A DNA stretch of 64,000 bases. Source: Haliotis rubra. Its lineage: Eukaryota. Every line of letters begins with the position of its first letter. The stretch's first letter is position 1. The translations under genes and the position numbers were made by a program. This document shows, in pieces, positions 36,401 through 48,400 of the stretch. The stretch lies in the NCBI RefSeq assembly GCF_003918875.1, contig NW_025765192.1:1922001-1986000 (forward strand), given 5' to 3'. The notes below the pieces were generated by a model. It saw only the letters and a program-made list of their open reading frames with translations, ran no database searches and was not told the DNA's origin.

Positions 36401-39400
36401 ACAAGTCTAAGTTCTCCGGTATACAGAAGGCGAAGAAGAGGAAATATTCCAGCTCCAGAAGTGGAAAAAGCTCTTTTCGTCACTCATCCGGAAACAGCAG
36501 AGGCAACTCTGGGAGAGGACGTACTCCCAGAGGCTTCAGAGGATCAAGACATTGAAGATGGGGTTCGGAACGACTGGACGCTTCCACCCCCAACTGTTCC
36601 TGTTCAACCGTCGACAGTGGGTGGACGTTTACAATATTACTGGGAAAATTGGGGAATATTGGAGGATGACTACGTCTCACAAGTACTGCGAGAAGGCTAC
36701 AGAGTGAAGCTGAAGGTCACACCACCACTGACCCTCGACCCTGTAGTCTTCAACTACGCAGACGATCAGGCAGTAAAGTTAGAAGAAGCCATCAACTCTC
36801 TATTGGCCAAGAACGCTGTAGAAGTGATAGATCAACATCATCTGACGCCCGGCTTCTACTCCCCAATTTTCCTAGTACCCAAGAAAAACTCCAAAGAGAA
36901 GTTCAGGTATAGAACATGAAAACATTCAACCAAAACTATCTACTCAAGCCAGAGAGATTCAAAATGATCCACCTGCCTCAACGCAGACAACTCGTCCGTC
37001 CAGCAGATTACTTGGCCAGCATAGACCTACAGGATGCATATCTACACATCCCGATTAATCCAGAATCAAGAAAGTACCTAAGATTCCTGTTCAGATGTCG
37101 TCACTACCAATGGAGCGTCTTACCGTTTGGAATATTGTCAGCTCCGTGGTTATTCACACTAGTGACCAAACCCATCGTCACCTATCTACATCGTCGAGGT
37201 CTACGCAGTGCCTTCTACCTGGATGACGGGATACAAGTTCATCAGGAAGCCAATCAACTCAGACAGCAGCTAGACTTCACCATCAAACTGCTCACACAAC
37301 TGGGATAGCTAGTAAACTTGATGAAGTCAGAGTTTGAACCAAAGCAAGATCTTCAGTTTCTGGGAATAAGGTTCATCACAACACAGAATCGTATTGTGGT
37401 CCCAGAAGATCGTTGGGTCAAGATTCAAGCCATGATTCCAGAAGCAGTCATCTCTCCGTTACCACTACAAACATGGCAGTGTCTACTCGGTCTACTCACC
37501 TCAGTGCAGGACCTGACTCGCAGAGGAAGACTACAATTACGTCCGTTGCAGCGATTCCTGGCAGGACACCTGGACAGCACGGACCTGATCTTCATACTAC
37601 ACCGTCTCAAGACATACCTGTAATGGTGGATTCACAAATCGAATGTCTGCGGAGGGACCTATTTACAAGAGCCGGTCTGCGACACACACCTCTACGTAGA
37701 TGCCTCACTACAAGGATGGGGAGCGCATCTCGACAACGAAGTGGCATCAGGGATGTGGTCGAAACAAGAACATCTTCACATCAACCAACTGGAGATGAAA
37801 GCTGTGATCAACGCCATTCAACTGGTCGACCACTGGTTCACACATGCTGGCGGTCAACTCAAACAGTGGCATTTTACATAAATCAATGGCGGTCAGGGAT
37901 CAATGAGATCACCAAGCCTGCTCCAGCTCACATTCCAGTTGTTCAACATCTTAGACGAATTAAACATCTGGCTAAAGACGTGTCACATCCCGGGAGCCAA
38001 GAATGTGCTAGCAGACGCTCTATCTCGCCCACTTCACACAGAAAACTCTGTTCCTCCTGCGCCTTAGCCATGGCAGCTCGGATGTCTGAAATACTTGATT
38101 CACTTGTCTTAGAGAAGTATGACAAGAATGTGGTTCCCCGAGTTGACAAAGGAAGTTGGAAGAATAGGATCTAGGAAGTGCTGTTACGCAGTTCGGGGGG
38201 GGGGGGGATACAGGACGTATCTAAGGACAGCTGATGAATCCACGAAGTGGCTTGACCCACCACCGATTCCTTCGGATTCTGGAAACATATGAGCATGAGT
38301 CAGGATAAGGAAAAATGTGTAATTTTTTAAGTAAAATTGATATTTTATACTTATCCTGACTCGTGGTGTCAAGCCCTCCCAACCTCCTCGCTGAAGACAC
38401 TTTGGATTTCACAGTAAACTCAGGTACTAGGGCTTATTCAGAAGAGAGTGACAAGCATGGCAGGTCACATGATTGTTTGAGCGGGAAAAGGCAGGTAACT
38501 CGTGGGTGAGTGAACTTTTACGTCCTTTTCGGGAACTTCAAGGGATTCAAGTGTTCCACTACCATTCGCATAGAGGAAGGAGATAAGCATATAAGCATGA
38601 GTCAGGATAAGTATAAAATATCAATTTTACTTTAAAAATTACATAATTGTGAAAACTTATGAATTGAAATTTGTCATTACTGTCAAAATATATCAAATTG
38701 TTTACAAGAACGAATAATCCTTCTGTGTCATCTGTTCTGACACCTATCAATATTTCAAGGGAAATAACTCTGTCTTAAAATGGAATTATTGTTCCTTTTG
38801 TGACTGATTGATTGATAAAGAAGGTGCTTGTTTTAGCATAGACCTTGTGTAGTGGAATAAATCCTTAGTACACCATGTTCGTTTAGATGGTAATAGTGTG
38901 TGACAAAGGCCCTCGTCCACAAAGTGATCTTAGTGCTGAAATGTTTGCAACTCTAATAGACTATTAAATGACTCTCTTAGTCCTAAGATAGCTTTGTGGA
39001 ATGGATCCAGTGAATCAGGATTGATGTCTTCAACTTCTGGTCTTCATGACCCAGACTTTTGTGCAGATTGCTATCAAATAGCTGGAATACTGCTGAAGAT
39101 AAGCTCAAATGTGACAGATCCAGGACCCTGTCCTACAAAGTAATATTAGCTCTAAGACCATTATAACTTTATTTTGGCCTGCAGCGGGGTAGCCTGGTGG
39201 TTAAAACATTCGTTCGTCGTGCTAAAGACCCGGGTTCGGGATATTGCTGGAATATTGCTAAAAGCGGTGTGAATCTAAACTCACTCACTATAACTTCCTT
39301 TCTTTAACATAGATTTTTCAATGCACCTGACACTACAGTGACATTGTGGAACTGGGTTCAGGACACGTGTTTAAGTACTTAGCCTGTTGCAGGTGTGTGA

Positions 39401-42400
39401 GCATCAACTCGCTGGGATTCAGCACGTGTGGGCTGTACCTGTGTGCCTCCAGTAACACAGAGACAGTTCACATCTTCAAGCTGGAGATCATGAAGGACAA
39501 GTAAGTTCTTAGGGACTTCCACTCATTATCAAACTGGCTTTAGGCAGTATTAGGTAAAGTCTTAACAGTCCAGGGATTTAATTCTTCTTAATGTTGCTTA
39601 AAATTTGTTTCTGAAGTCCTAATTTTCTTTGCCTTATAGATTCAAAGTGTATAAATGAAATAGATATACAAGCATTATGTCTTTTATGAATACATCTCTG
39701 TCAAAGGACAGGTAGAGAATGGCAATTTTGCTCAGATATCCATAAAATGTGCTGCAAGAAACAACAAAGCCCCTCCTAGACTGCTTATGATGCTTGTCAA
39801 TTTGCAACCTACATTTTGAAAAATGATTGATTTGACATTACAGTTTCTATCTGAACATTGCTATGGCTACTTTAACATATTCCCAGACATTCAGATTCTT
39901 TAGTGTTCTATATTGTATTTAAGTAAATGGATGCTTTTGATATTGCAAAACATCTTGTTAAAACTGATGTAGTCCTTGGTTGGAGCTCTGGAAATGAAGG
40001 TTATTTTTCACAAACTTTATTAGATACATTCATTCCTGCCATGTGTTACTGCACGAAAAATTTGTAAACAATGTTTATGATCGTCCAAGTCATATTGTCT
40101 GGAATACCAAGTTGCTGGATTTATTGTCAGTTTATACCACCTGTTTGTAAGTATGTGGATGTGTCCACCTGTGGTGGAAGCCTTGTTTCTATATTCAACT
40201 GACATGGTCCATACCTGTATAATGTTTCCTGTGTCCACCATCCTGTGATTCCTGTGTCTGTGCATGCGATTGTATGGTTGTTGTAGACCCCCGGAGGAGC
40301 CACAAGGTTGGATGGGATACTTTGGCCAGGCTCTGAAGACATCAGCAAACTACCTGCCAACACAAGTATCCGACATGTTGAATCAAGGGAGATCATTTGC
40401 CACAGCCCGACTGCACACGTCTGGCCTCAAGAATGTCTGTGCCCTCTCTGTGTGAGTTCATCATTGGAGCAACCATCTGATTTTCATTTAGCTGCGAAGG
40501 TCCGGGTTAGAATTGATCTTCAGTAACCCATGCTTGTCGTAAGAGGCTGACTAACGGGATCAGGTGGTCAGGCATGCTGGCTTGGTTGACACGTTATCGG
40601 TTCCCAATTGCGCAGATTGATGCTCATGCTGTTGAATACTGGATTGTCTGGTCCAGACTCGATTGTTTACAGACCACCGCCATATAGCTGGAATATTGCT
40701 GAATGCGGCATAAAACTAAACTCACTCACTCACTCTGATTTTCATTAAATCAAAGCATGCTAATCCAGTCTTACTCCACCTTTAGAATGGTTTAGAAAAC
40801 TACTTGATTCTAAGGGACTGGTATTCTGCAAAAATGTGTCTGTTTGAAACTATTTTCAGAATTATTGAGAATTCAAAACCAACAAATACCTCTCGTAATG
40901 TTCTGAGCACATGAAGGTGGGTTTGTGAGTTTGCCTTTGCCAGTTGTGACAAGTAGAGATTTGTATGGACGTTGTCTTTGAAGCTTTCATAGCAAGGCCT
41001 TTCAATGATGACAGTTTTCCTTGATTCATCAATGCCAACTTAAGCCTCTGTTTGTGTGCGTTTCAGAATTCACAAGATTCTACGGCTGTTGGTGGCTTCA
41101 CAAGATGGCATTTTGTACATATACAACATTGATCCTAATGAGGGCGGAGAGTGCACTCTGGTCAGACAACACAGGTACACTATGTGACATATATTACAAA
41201 TACATAACGTTGTTACATCATTGCCAGATCATTCAGCTGCTGTTGAATGTCTAGAAGATTTTCTAGTGTGACAACAGCTCAAATACAGGAACTTTGGCAG
41301 TAAGTGAGTTTAATTTTTCGCCGCTTTTAACAGTATTCCAGAAATATCACGGCAGTGAACACTAGAAATGGGCTTCACACAGTGTACCCATGTGGGGAAT
41401 CGAACCTGAATCTTCGGCGTTACGAGCGAACACTTAACCACGAGGCTACCCCACCACCCTAATTTTGGCAGTGATGTAATAGAGGTAGTAGTGTTTGAAA
41501 TGTTAGCTCTGATAGCCCTTGTTTGATGCTCAGGTTGGATCTAGGTCATATGTGTCACACAGGAACATGCTCATATATTGATGTATCTGTCGTATACAGG
41601 TACATGCTAGGGCACATATCTCATACAGGTGCATGGTAAGGCACATATCTCATGCTGGTACATGCTAGGGCACATATCTCATACAGGTGCATGGTAAGGC
41701 ACATATCTCACACTGGTACATTATAAGGCACATATCTCACACTGGTACATGCTTGGGCACATATCTCAAACAGGTGCATGGTAAGGCATATATCTCACTG
41801 GTACATGCTAGGGCACATATCTCATACAGGTACGGGGTGGTGGGGTAGCCTAGTGGTTAAAGTGTTGGCTCGTCACGCCGAAGACCCGGGTTCGATTCCC
41901 AACCTGGGCACAATGTGTGAAGCCCATTTCTTGTGTACCCCGCCATGATATTGCTGGAATATTGCTAAAAGCGGCGTAAAACTAAACTCAGTCAGTCAGT
42001 CAGTCATACAGGTACATGGTAAGGCATATATCTCACTGATACATGGCAAGGCACATATCTGACTGGTACACATGATAAGGCATATACCTCATACAGGTAC
42101 ATGGTAAGGCATATATCTCACTGATACATGGCAAGGCACATATCACACCGGTACATACTAGGGCACATATCTCACTGATACATACTAGGGCACATATCTC
42201 ACACTGGTACAGACTAGGGCACATATATCACACTGGTACATGTTAGGGCTCATATCTCACACAGGTACATGCTAGGGCACATATCTCATTTCTGCATAAC
42301 TCACAGAGTTTTGCACAATCATAGGGTCAATTTGCTCTTGACATTTTTTCAATGACAGACCGGTGGGTCATGGTATTTATATGTTAAAGGAAAGCAGCAA

Positions 42401-45400
42401 TGATTTTGATGACTAACTGTGAGTCTCTGTCCCTCAATTACAGACTTGATGGTCAACCTTGTGACACCCATCCATCGGAGGCTCCGTCACATGACCGGCC
42501 ACTAGCACACCCCGGTGCCACGTACGCATCCACGGTGAGACGCCCCCCAGACCAGGCAGCAGGGGGCCCACCATCAGGTAAGCCCGAGGCTCCGCACCAG
42601 CCGGTGCTGGGGGTGGAGAGTTATGCGGAGGTGTTGAAACGGCAAGGCGGGCCACAGGATACTTGTGCAATTATGGAGGAGCTCCTAAGTGCTAAAGGTA
42701 TAGTATGGCATCATTGTCTCTCATCACGCACGGTCCAGACCCCAGCTGCTGGTCGATAGACCATCGTCCCTGCTAGGTGGTAGTGGCCTCTATGTGCGGA
42801 GGTGGAGGCCATTCTTTGCCTGACAGTGCACATTGTTACTTTAACTTCTGGACGCTGGATGTTTCTTTCTTTGTAGTGGAGTTTGATCTTTTGTGGCACT
42901 TTGACTAATCCAGTGTGACGTTGTAATTGACTTTGAAGACTTCAGTTATAGATAGTCCCTATAGTATCCTGTAGGTTCATTTTTATCACAGTTGCCATGG
43001 AAAGTGTCAAATTTCTCTTTTACATTAAACAAAATTAATATTTCTTTAAACTTTAAAGAAATGTGATTCTCCATGTTCCTATGTGATATTCATGCCTTTT
43101 TAAAGGATTGCCTTTATACTACTAAAACCTGTGCTTTATAAACTAATGTATGTTCAGAACTTGTCATCTTTTATTAAAATACAATAGACAGTTGCTGGAA
43201 GTGATACTGTTTTCAGGTAATGATCAGTTTAATACTAAAAGGACAAAAAACATTATTCTCCAAATCCAGACGGGTTTTTTTCACCGAACATGTTTGTTCA
43301 TCTGAATAATTTGTTTTAATAGGGTCCAGAAGTTAAGGTTTTCTTGTGTAGGTGATCATGTCTGTAAAGAGGTGCACGGCTATGTCCCTCATCATGTGGA
43401 TGTCCCACAGTAGATAGGACTCCTTCTACTAATACCATAACTCATCTCATCATGCCATGATGTCATCAGCTGCTTCATTTCAACTCAACTTCAATGCGAG
43501 GTTTGTTAATGATGAAAGATATGAGTTAAAAAATCTAACAAAGAATGACTATTACCCTCTTATGTGATTAATATAATGTATGTGATCTGTATACACTGTG
43601 CTGAATAGAACTGCAATTATAGAACAATAAAACTTCCACTGGCAGAATGAAATACATGTCAGTGAGTGAGTTAAAATTTAAAGTCACATTGGTAATATTT
43701 CGGTCATATTGTGACTTTAAAGGTTAATAATTAATAATGAATGCAATTAAATTATAAAAACCTGTCAACAAAGGACAGTAAAACCAACTAGAATATCACA
43801 TTATCAAGAATTAATGCTAGAACCTCTCTCTGGATTTCAAATTGGGACAATACAGAAGAAAAATGGGCTATAGATTGCCAACAACTGAAGGTAGATCACC
43901 ATACTAGGGATCATGGGGATTTAAAGTGCCCTAGCTGGATTTACTCTATCCCTTCAGATGTTAGCGATAAGAAATACTTGTGAATGTAAATATATTTATC
44001 ATGTTTGGCCCTTTACCATTTAAACAAGAATAAACTTCTATATTTGCCTTGTTATTATCCAACTTTTCGACTGGTATAAAGAATTTTCAATCACAAAAGT
44101 ATATTTCTGTTTATATTTTGATTCAACACTGTATGGCCCAAAAAATTTTTAAAATGTATTTAACAAAAGTTGTAAACCACATATACACCTTGAAATGAAA
44201 TTAACATTGTTAAAGTACATCAGGGTTTTATATATGACTATAGTCCGTTTGGCTCAAAAGCGGACCGATGAATTGCAATGTAACTTCGAAAACTAATAAA
44301 CATATAATACTCAATGAAACGCTGATCATAATCAAAACATCAGACCAACTATGTGGTTTGTTTGCAGAATCTATGTCCTAAAATTAAAAAAGTTGTTTAA
44401 CAAACTATCATTAAAATTTTGACACAGTTCACTATCTGTTACGAGGGAGGAGCGCAGAGAAAGGGACAGCCAGGTGTTAGAGAAGCACGTGCACAAGTGC
44501 CCACCAAGTTATTGATTCATTAACCTGTGCTGTGCCATCTCCATCCTTTCTCGCACACCTGGCTGTCCCTTTCTCTGCACTCCTCCCTCGTAAGAAATAG
44601 TGAACTGTGTCAAAATTTTAATGATAGTTTGTTAAACAATCTTTTTATTTTTAGGATATAAATTCTGCAAAAACCTCACAGAGTTGGTCTGACGTTTTAA
44701 TTATGATCAGCGTTTCATTGAGTATTACATGTTTATTAGTTTTCGAGTTAGATTGCAATTCATCGGTCCGATTTTGACCCAAACGGACTATAGTTAATCT
44801 GTCATGTTTGACAAATAAACTAATTATGTGAAAAAATGGATGTTCTATAACTGCTTGTGAGCTGTAAAATATTTACAATGACTGTAATGCTGGAAATATA
44901 AGTCATGTAGATGGTTAAAGATTAGTGTGATAAACAGTACTGTATTTTGCTAGCTAAGCATGGTAGAGAATTTCAATCATGCACACAAATAATATTACCC
45001 TTTTCAGTTTAATATCACTTTTTTGTCTTTTTTTGTTGTTGTTAGTTTGGCTTTAATTCATGACACAAATTTGTTTTGATCATGCAACATGTATCCTCAC
45101 AGTTTATGCTATGGCACTGGGGATAGTTGCTCCTGTGTTTAGAATAGATATACTTGGTAATAGGTGATGCAACTGGAGATAGCTGCCCTTATATTTAATA
45201 TAGACATACTGGGTAATTGATGATGCAACTGGAGATAGTTGCCTTCATATTTATCCTCCGCAACGCGTTTTGTGGGGGTATTAAAATGCACTCCGTCCGT
45301 GTGTGCGTGCGTGCGTCCGTCCATCTGTCCGTGCACATTTGTCTTTTCCAGAGCAGAACTTCAAAACCGTTCACTATTTCTTCACCAAACTTGGCACACA

Positions 45401-48400
45401 GATATATCTGGTGATGTACTGGTGCCTTTTGGTAGATTGAAATTCTGAAGAAAAATATTTTTTTGCGTTTCCATGGCAACAAGTTTGACTTTGACTGAAA
45501 TTGGGGTTGTGCTCTTTTCCGGAGTAGAACTTCAAAACCGTTCACTATTTCTTCACCAAACTTGGCACATGGATAGGTCTTGTGGTGTACTGGTGCCTTT
45601 TGGTAGTTTTGGAATTCTGAATAAAATATGTTTTGCATTTCCATGTCAACAAGTTTGGCTTCAACTGAATTTGGTGGTTGTGCTCCTTTCTGGAGCAGAA
45701 CTTAAAAACCTTTCAATACTCTCCTTCCACTTTGTCATATACACACCAAAACATTTGACATAATCGTAATTAGTATACATATTCATGAAGAGTATTTGGC
45801 CATTGCGGGGGATATTGATGACTTTGTCTTCTTGTTGATATAGACATACTGGGTAATAGGTGATGCAACTGGGGATAGTTTCCTTCATATTTGATATAGA
45901 CATACTGGGTTATTGGTGATGCAACTGGAGATAGTTGTCCTTATATTTAGTATAGACATACTGGGTTATTGGTGATGTAACTGGGGATAGTTGTCCTTAT
46001 ATTTAGTATAGACATACTGGGTTATTGGTGATGCAACTGGGGATAGTTGTCCTTATATTTAGTATAGACATACTGGGTTATTGGTGATGCAACTGGGGAT
46101 AGTTGTCCTTATATTTAGTATAGACATACTGGGTTATTGGTGAAGCAACTGGGGATAGTTGTCCTTATATTTAGTATAGACATACTGGGTTATTGGTGAG
46201 GTAACTGGGGATAGTTGTCCTTATATTTAGTACAGACATACTCGGTTATTGGTGAAGCAACTGGAAGAAATTGTCCTTATATTTAGAATAGATATACTGG
46301 GTTATAGGTGATGCAACTGGGGATAGTTGTTGTTATATTTAGTAGAGACATACTGGATTGCAGTAAGATAGAGATCCCAGTCTGTACTGTACTTTGTGAA
46401 TGGTGATGCTCTGGGATAGAAATGCAGGACAGCTCTGCTCTATTTGTATTCTGGGTGTGTGTCATGCCTAAGATTGGCCCTGTTTGGTGTTATAACAGTC
46501 AATGAGGTTTTCAATATTTTGTAACAGTGTGTCTGTCCATTCGTCAGGTGACACTGCTGAAGTTGGACACTCACCTGTCTTAGTAACTTGACATACAGGG
46601 AATGTACAATATATATGGGTATAACATTAAGTACTGGGACATTTGGCTCCATCATCAAACATCATTCGCAGCAGGTTCATCTGATCATTCATAATCTCAT
46701 TCCTCCCTGGCTGTTGCCTTCATTATGTTACAGGTGGAAGCTGATCAAATATTTCTCAATTTATTTTTATAGTGTAGTTTTGATTATAGAAAACTGATAT
46801 GCTTTTGAAGCCAATAGTTTCATTTATTCATGATATTGGATAGTAATTTTGAGTAATTTGTTTTTGTTCATCAAGCTTTGGCCTACATGGTTTGTAGTAT
46901 TCTTCAACATGTAGTGGGTTTTCAGGTTAGATTTGGTCCCTGTCAATGTAAACCTGTTGTAGTTGGTGACCAGTTGTATCAGGTGGTCAGAAAGTGTGAC
47001 ATGGTGTGTTGTGTTGTCAACTTACACCATTTGAATGGCTTGTTACCCATAATCTTAATCAGTGATTTGTCTGGTCCAGATGTTGATTAAGGGCATAATT
47101 TTGTTGATGGTGGATTTTATGCAATAAGCAAACAAATGTGTAAACTTTTATTCTCCTTTTCTTAAAAAAGTCTTTCCTACCCATAGAATTAATTGTTTCA
47201 TCGGCATTCTAGAAGTTGGTGAGTAAAAAATGAAGCATACAGCTTTATGGATGACAACTTCTTGTTTATTGCATGACATAACCCAGGCAACTTCTTGAAA
47301 TAACCTATAATAGTATGCTGATTGTTCTCTTTTGGCGATTGGTACCTCAGATTTGAAGCGTTGTGTATTCCTAATATTGTTGTGAGGCTAAATCTGTTGA
47401 TAAAGATTCAGCAGATATTCAGCGACGTTTTGGCACAGCATGTTATATCGTACATTGTCAGTCAGGCCTGAGTTGTATTTGTCATATCAAAATGTTATGC
47501 ATGTGGGAGACATGACACACTGCTCATGGCATTAAACTGCTTGTTGGGCACCACTGACAGCTCTGCATGGTGCGACATGTTTCACAACCATTGATGGGGC
47601 GGTGGGGTAGCCTTGTGGTTAAAGCGTTCGCTCGTCACGCCGAAGACCCGGGTTTGATTCCCCACATGGGTACAATGAGTGAAGCCCATTTAGGTGTCCC
47701 CTGCCTTGATATTGCTGGAATATTGCTAAAAGCAGCATAAAACAATATTCACTTACTCACCACAACCATGGATGGAGTTTAACATGAGTAGCTGGAGAAT
47801 ATGTTTATGGACTATCAATTCCTTAGTTACTGCATGGCCAGACAAGACACAATTTCTTATTTACAGTCAAAACAGTGTGTCCAGAACTTTTGACTGTCAA
47901 ATGACTGACTTACCTGTGTCCATTTTGAATCTTAGATAGTGTTGGAAGATGACAAGTATTTGGTCTGTACTTGGCTAGTGGATAGGTGTAGGATGAGTTG
48001 ACCTTATGTTGATCTTATGTAGCTACAACCATAGTTCTAGAAACTATCCCTTCCAGACACCTCTTGAACGATCAGGACCACCATGTTTGTAACCAACCAG
48101 GGTAGGTAACTCTTAAATTCTTCTCACTGAGTGCTACTGATAGTATGCAACATTTTACCTGCACTTTAATCATTTGCTGCCACATAACAATTTGGAAAGT
48201 TCTGCAGTATTCGTTTACAGTTATCATGGAATTTGTTTCATGGGAAAGTATGAGCAGAGTAGGCACAGTTCCATTGGTCTTTTGTCTGGAACCAGACAAA
48301 TGTAAATATATTTTGGAAACAGCAAGTGAGTCAGAAACCTTTTCAGAATTGTGTATGTGGCAATCAGACAGACAGACATGCAGACAAACAGACAAACAAA

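Noticed and set aside
38230-38250. CTGATGA in the DIRS 3' region as a hammerhead core
   Set aside because: No stem II followed by GAAA. The same applies to CTGATGA near 55121 and 11762.
45195-45644. 149-aa ORF with an internal repeat
   Set aside because: It is a translation of the 171-bp repeats of the HINE-like element.
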